Source: Candidatus Sumerlaeia bacterium (lineage in GTDB: Bacteria > Sumerlaeota > Sumerlaeia > SLMS01). From it: a stretch of DNA of 13,301 nucleotides. A model generated the notes under the pieces. It ran no database searches. It was not told the DNA's origin and saw only the letters and a program-made list of their open reading frames with translations. The DNA is taken from NCBI GenBank assembly GCA_038208905.1, contig JBBQYG010000112.1, positions 1-13,301 of the forward strand. Reading direction: 5' to 3'. The position numbers and the translations under genes were made by a program. Within the stretch, counting starts at the first letter, position 1. Every line of letters begins with the position of its first letter. Positions 1-6,966 of this stretch are shown in pieces.

Positions 1-913
1 CAGCCGCTTCGGAAGCTGGGGCGCGCTCGAGCACCAGGAGCAGTCCGTGGATTCCGCCCACAAGTATCGCGCGCTCCTCCAGTGGATCGTGGACAACGGC
101 GGCCTGCCGCCCACGCCCACCCCCACGGTGGCGCCGACCGCGACCATCGCGCCGACGGCCACCGCCACCTCGACAGTTTCCGCGTCCGCCACGGCGACGG
201 CCAGCATCACTCCGACCGTTCCGCCGACCACCGTTCCTCCCACGGCAACCACAGTTCCGCCCACAGCGACAACAGTTCCTCCGACCCCCACGGCCATCGT
301 CACGCCGTCGGAGACATTGGTGATAACATCGACGCCGCCCGCAACTTCCACCACGGCTCCACCCACATCGACGCCCGATTCCACGCCTTCGATCTCCTCC
401 ACGCCTCCGGGCGGAACCATCAGCGTCTCTCCGGAGGTATCCCCAACAGTCACGGCAACGACTCAGATCACGCCGACGCCCGTATCGCCGACTGCCACGA
501 TCTCGATCTCGGTGACGCCGACAGGCACGGTGGAGGCCAGCCTTACTCCCTCCGGCACTCCGACCGAGACGCCCGTGATCACTCAGTCGATTACGATCTC
601 AATAACGCCGACAGGCACTGTTTTGCCAACGGCCCCGGATACGCCCACTCCCACCCGAACGGCCACCGCCACCACCCTGCCACCGACGCCGACCCTTCCG
701 ACGATCACGGAGACCGCCGCACCGACGAGTACAGCGCTCCCGCCGACGGCCACGACCTCGCCGACCAGCACAACCGCGCCGCCAACGGCCTCGCCCACCC
801 CCGCCGACCGCGAGGACATCGCCTTCGCCCTCCTCGGCGGAGACGCAAGCGCCGCAGGCCTGGACGTCAACGGCGACGGCATCATCGACATCGCCGACTT
901 CATCGCACGGTAG
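1..913 (+). CDS. 3' part of a secreted, probably carbohydrate-active protein: end of a globular domain, ~235-aa Thr/Pro/Ser linker, C-terminal single dockerin-like EF-hand (5'-truncated by the window)
   Basis: Frame +2 is open from base 2 (SRFGSWGALEHQEQSVDSAHKYRALLQWI), so the GTG at 47 is probably not the real start. The T/P-rich linker spans ~104-805. The 12-residue Ca-binding loop DVNGDGIIDIAD is at 863-898. Stop TAG at 911-913. Confidence 0.85.
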   Translation, partial: SRFGSWGALEHQEQSVDSAHKYRALLQWIVDNGGLPPTPTPTVAPTATIAPTATATSTVSASATATASITPTVPPTTVPPTATTVPPTATTVPPTPTAIVTPSETLVITSTPPATSTTAPPTSTPDSTPSISSTPPGGTISVSPEVSPTVTATTQITPTPVSPTATISISVTPTGTVEASLTPSGTPTETPVITQSITISITPTGTVLPTAPDTPTPTRTATATTLPPTPTLPTITETAAPTSTALPPTATTSPTSTTAPPTASPTPADREDIAFALLGGDASAAGLDVNGDGIIDIADFIAR

Positions 914-940
914 TTCGCATGTCAGTATAGACGTATAGAC

Positions 941-987
941 AACATCCCGGCGGAGCCCGCACGATGCCTCCACCGGGATGTTTCATT
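941..987. terminator. Strong hairpin between convergent genes, probable (bidirectional) intrinsic terminator
   Basis: AACATCCCGGCGGAG (941-955) pairs with CTCCACCGGGATGTT (968-982) at 14/15 positions. It starts 28 nt after the stop and runs into TTTCATTT on the + strand. Confidence 0.7.
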
Positions 988-1044
988 TGTGTTGGGAATT
1001 GCCGCGCTGGGTCGGCGCGCGCATCGGCTGGCCACTGCAACCCG

Positions 1045-1101
1045 ACGGACCGAATGGACATGATGGACGTCCATCAAGCCCATGTTGTCTATTTCGTCCA
1101 A
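1045..1101. repeat. 9-bp-period inverted repeat array (ATGGACnnn)x3 / (GTCCATnnn)x4
   Basis: ACGGAC-cga-ATGGAC-atg-ATGGAC|GTCCAT-caa-GCCCAT-gtt-GTCTAT-ttc-GTCCAA, with a central perfect 16-bp palindrome TGATGGACGTCCATCA at 1061-1076. Confidence 0.75.
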
Positions 1102-1129
1102 TCGTTGGCTACGGGAAAATCAACCTGCC

Positions 1130-1948
1130 CTAAGCCAACCGCCCGCACACCACAATGTCCTCGGGTCGCCGCACGATCCGCGCGGCGGCGCCCTCCCTCA
1201 GGCCGACGGCGTTGGCGTCGTCGGTGTCCAGGTGCATCTCCGCGGTGAACGAATCACTGACGCGGACCTGGACGTCGTAGTAGAGCACCGGCTTGTCGCC
1301 GTCGATGTGCACCATCACCGTGTCGTTGTCCTTGAGGCCCAGCGCAGCCGCCTCCCGCGTGTGCAGGTGGATGTGCCGGTTGGCGCGGATGACGCCGCGC
1401 TCGATGGGGAGGTGCCCGGCGGGGCCGACGATCAGGATGCCACCGGTTTCCGTGTGGTTGCCGCTCGGGCGGACGGGTGCCTCGATGCCGAGGGCGATGC
1501 AGTCGGTCAGCGACACCTCCAGCTGCGTGGCGCCGCGGCACGGGCCCAGGATGCGTACCCTTTCCAGCGCGCGGCCACGGGGCCCAATCACCGAGACGGT
1601 TTCCTTCGCCGCGAATTGGCCCGGCTGGAGCAGCGGCTTGATCGGCGTCAGCCTGTGCCCCTTGCCGAAAAGCTGCTCCACCTGGGCCTCGGTCACGTGT
1701 AGATGGCGGGCGGATATTCCGATGGGGACGAAGCCGCGCTCCGTGGTGCGCTCCGCGTCGGGCTCGCGAAAGATCGCGCAGTGGCCGTTCTCCTCCGCGA
1801 TCTTGATGAAGCCGCGCTGGCCCTTGCAGCCACATCCGCAATTCGTCTTGGTCGCCTTCGCCGCGGGCTGCGCCCCCCCCGCAAGCTCCCGCGCGACGCG
1901 GTCGGCGATGCGGCGGATCAGTTCCGCCTCGGTCGTGAATTCGGCCAT
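1130..1948 (-). CDS. pduL: Phosphate propanoyltransferase/phosphotransacylase PduL with N-terminal encapsulation-peptide-like helix (272 aa)
   Basis: PduL motifs are present: VPIGISARHLH, LQPGQFAAKETV, VRILGP, QLEVSLTD, APVRPSG, GVIRANRHIH, EMHLDTDDANA. The start is set at ATG 1948 (MAEFTTEAELIRRIADRVARELA), 2 nt downstream of the upstream gene's stop and preceded by GAGGTGGTGG. Confidence 0.93.
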   Translation of the reverse strand: MAEFTTEAELIRRIADRVARELAGGAQPAAKATKTNCGCGCKGQRGFIKIAEENGHCAIFREPDAERTTERGFVPIGISARHLHVTEAQVEQLFGKGHRLTPIKPLLQPGQFAAKETVSVIGPRGRALERVRILGPCRGATQLEVSLTDCIALGIEAPVRPSGNHTETGGILIVGPAGHLPIERGVIRANRHIHLHTREAAALGLKDNDTVMVHIDGDKPVLYYDVQVRVSDSFTAEMHLDTDDANAVGLREGAAARIVRRPEDIVVCGRLA

Positions 1949-1950
1949 GG

Positions 1951-2556
1951 CTATTCCACCACCTCGAACTTGACGGGCCCCGTGGAGAGCGATGGCGTTC
2001 CCACGTGGCGGCACCAGACGTAGTAGGTTCCCGCGGAGAGCGGCTGCGCCATGTCGAGGTCCTCGATGCCCGGCGGCGCCGTGCGCGTGGTGGGAATCTC
2101 CAGCACGCGGGGGAGCGTCGATCCCGGGCCCAGCATCTGCTCCTCGAAAATCTGCGCAAAGCTGCGGCCCTCGCTCCACACATGGACGGGTTCGCGCTGG
2201 GCTTCGTCGCGGAACACCACCAAGTCGAATCGCTGGACGGAGGGATAGCTGACCCCCAGCGAATTCCCCGTGGTGTTGCGGACGCCGCACTGGACGACGA
2301 CGGGGTTGCCGGCCTTGACGGTGGATTGCACGAGGCCAAAGCCGAGGAAGAGGCCGCGCGCCTCCGCGTTGTTGCCGGGCACCATGATGCGGCGGGTGGG
2401 CTGGGCGGCGGGCGCATCGCTCAGGATGATGCCCATGCCCTCGAGTTCCTTGGCCGAATCGCCCTCGGGGAACTGCTTCGCCGTCTGCTTGGCGAGGCCG
2501 CAGGCGCCCAGCAACAGGGCCGCGATCACGGTGCTCAGGCGGGCGATGGTCCTCAT
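1951..2556 (-). CDS. Lipoprotein with BsuPI (intracellular proteinase inhibitor)-like Ig-fold domain (~201 aa)
   Basis: Signal peptide with lipobox MRTIARLSTVIAALLLGA-C. BsuPI-like motif YPSVQRFDLVV...VHVWSEGRSFAQ...LGPG...LSAGTYYV. Alternative start at 2568. Confidence 0.75.
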   Translation of the reverse strand: MRTIARLSTVIAALLLGACGLAKQTAKQFPEGDSAKELEGMGIILSDAPAAQPTRRIMVPGNNAEARGLFLGFGLVQSTVKAGNPVVVQCGVRNTTGNSLGVSYPSVQRFDLVVFRDEAQREPVHVWSEGRSFAQIFEEQMLGPGSTLPRVLEIPTTRTAPPGIEDLDMAQPLSAGTYYVWCRHVGTPSLSTGPVKFEVVE

Positions 2557-2651
2557 GGGGCGGCGCATCCGTGGCAGGCTTGGTGGGGTGGCAACGGGCA
2601 AGGCGTCCCACAGGCGCGCCCGGGGCTCAAGTGTCTTCCGCCGCGCCCCGC

Positions 2652-5600
2652 TCAATCCATCACCCATCCCGTGTACTTCCCCGTCCCCGTAACGGGGCTC
2701 GCGTCCAGCAGCAGGATTTCATTTCCCGCGATCACGACGGCCAGGCGCCCATCGGGGAGCCAATCCATGCCCGTGATGGCAAAGGGCGGATCCGCAGGGC
2801 GCCAGAGCCCCAGCGCCGTCCAGGTGCCCGACTCGTACACGCGATAGAACCGAATGCCCGCGCGCGCGTCGATCACGGCCAGCGTGTCCTCCGCGATCCA
2901 GGCCGTATCGGTCGCGTGGACGAGTCGCGGATCGCGGACGATGAACTGCCGGATGATCTCTCCATCGGGAGCGAAGTCGAACACGTGCACGCCGTTGCCG
3001 AGTTCCGAAACCGCAAGGCGCCCGCCCTCCGTCATCGCGGCGCGGCCATACACGCCGCGCGGCATCAGCGATTCCTTCTCGATGCCTCCGCCGTCAGCCC
3101 GCCGAACCCGATAGAGGCCGCGTACATCCTCCACGGCGAGGACAGAGCCATCCTCGAAAGGGCCGAAGAGCTGGCGGATATTGCGCTCGTCGGCGGGGGT
3201 GTACCCGAGCCGCTCGCCGAACGTCGCGGGGAGCGACTCCACCAGCGAGACGCCCCAGAAGTTCTGCGCCAGCCACTCTGTCCCGTCCCCCCCACTCAGG
3301 CTGTCCGCCGCGGCGCCCGACTTGCGCGTCCAACCGAAGAAACGGGTCAGCGTGGTCCCGGCGATCTGGTAGCGATGCGTTCCCACGCGCCGGCTGAAGG
3401 CCCCCAGCGTGCGCGGAGCGACGAAGCGGACGAGGCCGTTCCCCATGTCGAAGTATTCGCGGTGTATCTCCGCGCCAAGGTTCTCCGGGCGGAGGTCGAA
3501 GACACGAAATTCGGTGCCGACGACGCCCGCCAGATACTCGCCAGTCCTATCCAGCGCGGGCCAGCGGATGTCCACGCCCGGAGTAAGCCGCGCGACGACC
3601 CGGACGGGCGCCCGCGCGTCCTCGGCCGAGGGGGCGGGGCGCCCCTCGAACCGGATCGGTGCGACCTGGTTCTCGAAACGGAAGATACCCCACTGGCCGG
3701 GGCCCAGCGTCATCGTGTGCGTCGTGGAGAGGGCCGTCGCCTCGCCCGTTTCCACGTTGGTCATGCGCGTCGGCGCGGGCGTCACCGCGTCGAACTCCGT
3801 GGGGCCCTCGGGATCGCGGCTTGCGACGATCGTATAGACGTCCCGGTCGGGGGTGCGCGCGATTCGCGCCAGAATATCGGCGTTCTGCTCCGGAGTTTCG
3901 CGCCCGGGTTCGAAGGAGAGCAGCAGGCCCTCCAGCGCGGCGACGCGCGCGTTGAATTCGCGGAACGCCTCCATGCGGGGTGCCGCCTCGTAGTTGTGCA
4001 GGCGCAGCGACGAATTGTCCCCCAGCGACGAGTACAGGAACACGAAATACCCCCGCGCGCCATAGGCGAGAACGTGCGCCAGCATTGCATGGCATTCCGC
4101 GGGGGTCATGATGGAGATGTTCTCGGACCCGCCGTAGCCCTGCACGCCCATCCAGTAGTCGCGGCCCAGCTCCACCGCATACTCCGCGTGGGGCTCCAGC
4201 CGCGCCATGCGAATCGCGATCTGCTCCGCTGCGGTGGTTGCCTGCACGCGCACGGGATACTCGAAGGTCCCAGTGATCGGAAAGTCGCCGCCCTCGATGC
4301 TACTCCCCGGATTCATGAACACATAGCACGGAGGCGCATTGGGGAGTCGCTCGATCAGGCGGACGGTATCCACCGCCCGCAGGAGCGTCGTGGAATTCCC
4401 GTTGGGTTCGTCCACCAGATACAGCCCCTGGAAACGATCGCTTCCCTCAAAGGCCGAGAGCCGCCCCATGAGCGCCTCGATGCGCGATGGATCCCACGTG
4501 CGGTTGCCATGCTGGTCGAAAAGCGGCGCGGGGATTTCGCCATCGAAGATCATGAAGTTGATCCCCACCCGCTCCGCGGCTTGCCGAACGAGGTCGTATT
4601 GATCCGCCCGGCACGAGACGAGGAGCATGTTGAAGCCGTCTTCCTTCGGCGGACGAAACCGCGCCTCCATCTCCTCCACCGTCGAAATCACGTCGAGCGG
4701 GGTGAAGGGAAAGAGCCATAGCCACGCGACCCGCGTGAACTCCGGTCGGCGGATTCCCGTCGGGCGCGGCGCATACACCTCTGGGCGGCGGACCTCGAAC
4801 ACGTGGTCCAGCGCCACGGTTTCGCCCCCGGCGTCTGTGAGGAGAAACCGCGCTGTATAGACACCGGCGGCCAGCGGGGCGCCGTCGAACTCGCGCCAGG
4901 CCGAGGCGCCGTCGCGCTGGAAGTCGCCGAGGCGAAGGACCTCCAGCCCGCCGCCGTCCAGAATCGCCGCCTCGATGCCCTCGAGCCGTCCCGGCCACGC
5001 GGCGGCGAGGCGCATCGCCGGCCGCGGCGAATTTGCCACCGGCTCCGCGATGGCGGGATACACGTAGCTCCACCCGCGCGACACGTCGTCCACCAGCACG
5101 CTGACAGGCCCCGCATTGGATACGCGGATGCGCGCAGCTTCCGCCGTTGCCGACTGCGGAAGGCGGAGCAGGAAACGGCCGCTGTCATTGGGGGCGAGCG
5201 TCGCCGATGTCGTGCCGTCGGTGGTCTCGAGCGACGAATCCAGCCGCTGCTCCTCGACGACAACCGCTCCGCTGGCAACGCCGGTCACAAAGTACTCCAC
5301 CACGAAGGGCGAATGCGCAACCAGCCGCGTCGCCCCGCCGCCCGGAGGAAGAGCCAGCGATCCCGCGCCGCGCAGCGTCTGCGTGGTGGCCAGTTCCGCG
5401 CCCGCCAGCAACGCCCAGCGGTCGCGGTCGGGCTCGCCCGCGCCGCCCGACTCGAAGTCGCCGCCCAGCGGCTCCTCCGTCAGGATATAGACATCGTCAT
5501 AGTCCAGCCACGCCATTTCGGGGAGGGAGGATAGGTTCAAGTTCAGAGACGTGTGGCCCGGCAACCGCGTCACGGAGCCCACTTGAGGGACCCAGATGCC

Positions 5601-6161
5601 GGGCGGTGTTGGCCTGCGCGTGACGCGGCGGAACGATGTGGCGACGCCACCGCCGAGGGACTGCATCTCAAACGTCGGCGTCCCTTCGCCCAGCTCCGAA
5701 CGAACCCGCGCCCCAATCGTCGCGGTCTGCCAGGCGGAACCAGGGAAGGGAATTGTTTGTGAGTAGAAGTGAGAGCGCGAATCGCGCGCGAATCGATTCG
5801 TGGATCCATCCCCGAGCGTTTCGGAGGGAACATCGGGGATGTTGTTCCGCCGCCAGGGGGCGGGATTCGCCACGCCGGCCAGAACCTCGAAACCCGGATT
5901 CGCGAAGCCCGGCCCCGCAGGCAGCCCCTTGGCGATGGCCTCCAGCGCCGCGGCCTCCATCTCCTTGCGCAGTTGCTCCTCCTCCGCGTCGCGCCCCGCC
6001 ATCGGCCACCCCGCCCACGCGCACGCCGCGAGGCCCGGATAAATCAGAAGCGCCAGCATGACCGCCAGACAGGAACGGCTGAGCGCAGGAAACGGAAGGG
6101 AACGGCAGGGACGTGCTTCCCCTCCCGCCAATCCTCCGTCCCGCGATTCATCACCAAGCAC
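2652..6161 (-). CDS. Large secreted multidomain protein: two CBM-like jelly-roll modules, FlgD-like Ig domain, glycoside-hydrolase-like TIM barrel, C-terminal beta-propeller-like repeats
   Basis: 1169-aa ORF with host-like codon usage and a hydrophobic signal segment (LAVMLALLIYPGLAACAWA). CBM-like starts are FANPGFE and GGDFESG. The Ig-like segment is ILDGGGLEVLRL...FDGAPLAAGVYTARF. GH-like motifs are GLYLVDEP and TPAECHAMLAHVLAYGARGYFVFLY. Propeller-like strands are LAVSELGNGVHVFD and LAVIDARAGIRFYR. The start is uncertain (GTG 6161 or ATG 6059). Confidence 0.75.
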   Translation of the reverse strand: MLGDESRDGGLAGGEARPCRSLPFPALSRSCLAVMLALLIYPGLAACAWAGWPMAGRDAEEEQLRKEMEAAALEAIAKGLPAGPGFANPGFEVLAGVANPAPWRRNNIPDVPSETLGDGSTNRFARDSRSHFYSQTIPFPGSAWQTATIGARVRSELGEGTPTFEMQSLGGGVATSFRRVTRRPTPPGIWVPQVGSVTRLPGHTSLNLNLSSLPEMAWLDYDDVYILTEEPLGGDFESGGAGEPDRDRWALLAGAELATTQTLRGAGSLALPPGGGATRLVAHSPFVVEYFVTGVASGAVVVEEQRLDSSLETTDGTTSATLAPNDSGRFLLRLPQSATAEAARIRVSNAGPVSVLVDDVSRGWSYVYPAIAEPVANSPRPAMRLAAAWPGRLEGIEAAILDGGGLEVLRLGDFQRDGASAWREFDGAPLAAGVYTARFLLTDAGGETVALDHVFEVRRPEVYAPRPTGIRRPEFTRVAWLWLFPFTPLDVISTVEEMEARFRPPKEDGFNMLLVSCRADQYDLVRQAAERVGINFMIFDGEIPAPLFDQHGNRTWDPSRIEALMGRLSAFEGSDRFQGLYLVDEPNGNSTTLLRAVDTVRLIERLPNAPPCYVFMNPGSSIEGGDFPITGTFEYPVRVQATTAAEQIAIRMARLEPHAEYAVELGRDYWMGVQGYGGSENISIMTPAECHAMLAHVLAYGARGYFVFLYSSLGDNSSLRLHNYEAAPRMEAFREFNARVAALEGLLLSFEPGRETPEQNADILARIARTPDRDVYTIVASRDPEGPTEFDAVTPAPTRMTNVETGEATALSTTHTMTLGPGQWGIFRFENQVAPIRFEGRPAPSAEDARAPVRVVARLTPGVDIRWPALDRTGEYLAGVVGTEFRVFDLRPENLGAEIHREYFDMGNGLVRFVAPRTLGAFSRRVGTHRYQIAGTTLTRFFGWTRKSGAAADSLSGGDGTEWLAQNFWGVSLVESLPATFGERLGYTPADERNIRQLFGPFEDGSVLAVEDVRGLYRVRRADGGGIEKESLMPRGVYGRAAMTEGGRLAVSELGNGVHVFDFAPDGEIIRQFIVRDPRLVHATDTAWIAEDTLAVIDARAGIRFYRVYESGTWTALGLWRPADPPFAITGMDWLPDGRLAVVIAGNEILLLDASPVTGTGKYTGWVMD
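6085..6113 (+). repeat. 10-bp tandem repeat, three degenerate units of GCAGGGAACG
   Basis: GCAGGAAACG GAAGGGAACG GCAGGGACG. Confidence 0.5.
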
Positions 6162-6194
6162 CCAACCACCCCCTGCGCTTTATCCTGCTGTTCC

Positions 6195-6872
6195 CTACTT
6201 GCGGACCCAGTATTTACTGTTCTGCCAGAAGCCGTCGCTGTTCTTCTGGTTTCCCTCCACGAAGCGCGTCCCGTCGATCCATCCGTTGGAACGCTCGTAC
6301 CACTGCCCGCCGTACCAGAAGCCGCTGCTTGAGGTCTGGCTGCGCCCCTTCAGGACGTAGCTCTGCTTGTCGATATTGATGACGCCGGGGAGCGATATCC
6401 CGCCACCACCGCCGGAACCCGCGGGGACCCAGTACTTGCTGTGCTGCCAGAAGCCGCCGCCCTGGTTCTGGTTGCCGACCACAAACTCCGCGCCCTTGCG
6501 GTACTCGCCGGAGCGCGCGTACCAGCGCCCGTTGTAGGAGAAGCCACTGCCGCCCTTGTTCCCCGAGCCCGCATCCACATACGTTTCGCCCTGGATGTTA
6601 ATCACGCCGCCCTTCGTCGAAGGTTGGCCGCCGCCCTGATTGGGAACGCCCTCGATCTTCTGGCCGCGCGAATTTGCATCCTCGCTGTAGCTATTCACAC
6701 CGTCGGGCGCGGCGGCGGGCTCCTCGCTCTTCGCGGAACGCCGGTCCATCTCCTCGTTCGCCTGTGTCGCGACGGATCGCACCGCGTTGTCGAAGGACGC
6801 GGTCTGCGCCTCGGAACACCCGGTGAATCCCAGCACCGCAAGCAATAGCACCATCATCCACTTTGCACTCAT
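6195..6872 (-). CDS. Lipoprotein with two tandem 61-aa Gly/aromatic-rich repeats, function unknown (225 aa)
   Basis: Signal MSAKWMMVLLLAVLGFTG-C, with an AGGAGA RBS upstream. aa 89-149 and aa 163-223 align without gaps, 32/61 identical by hand count. Confidence 0.85.
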   Translation of the reverse strand: MSAKWMMVLLLAVLGFTGCSEAQTASFDNAVRSVATQANEEMDRRSAKSEEPAAAPDGVNSYSEDANSRGQKIEGVPNQGGGQPSTKGGVINIQGETYVDAGSGNKGGSGFSYNGRWYARSGEYRKGAEFVVGNQNQGGGFWQHSKYWVPAGSGGGGGISLPGVINIDKQSYVLKGRSQTSSSGFWYGGQWYERSNGWIDGTRFVEGNQKNSDGFWQNSKYWVRK

Positions 6873-6912
6873 CGTTTTGCTTCTCCTGGGCGCCAGTCCG
6901 GCGCAGCCTGAA

Positions 6913-6954
6913 ATGTCGCCGACATCCTACTCCCCCGCCTGCCCCTCGCGTCAA
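6913..6954 (-). promoter_or_regulatory. Possible sigma70-type promoter with overlapping palindromic operator upstream of the repeat lipoprotein
   Basis: Minus strand reads TTGACG-N19-TAGGAT (6954-6924), with a longer-than-optimal spacer. The palindrome ATGTCG-C-CGACAT at 6913-6925 overlaps the -10/start region. Confidence 0.35.
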
Positions 6955-6966
6955 TCGGGCCCGTGC

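Noticed and set aside
82..930. His/Asp/Arg-rich 282-aa ORF resembling a metal-binding protein
   Set aside because: Shifted-frame translation of the Thr/Pro codon repeats of the real gene.
964..1248. 94-aa ORF with periodic D/H residues
   Set aside because: The periodicity comes from the 9-bp DNA repeat, and the ORF overlaps the hairpin and the pduL 3' end.
1949..2611. N-terminal 221 aa of the 493-aa ORF 1130..2611 as part of PduL (apparent fusion)
   Set aside because: It is an Arg/Pro-rich off-frame read of the overlapping BsuPI lipoprotein gene. The PduL-like sequence begins at ATG 1948, which has its own RBS.
2557..2651. GC-rich intergenic stretch resembling a degenerate REP or attenuator
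   Set aside because: No clean stem or second copy found in the window.
2571..4721. 716-aa plus-strand ORF
   Set aside because: Antisense shadow of the 1169-aa gene in high-GC DNA, with no recognisable motifs.
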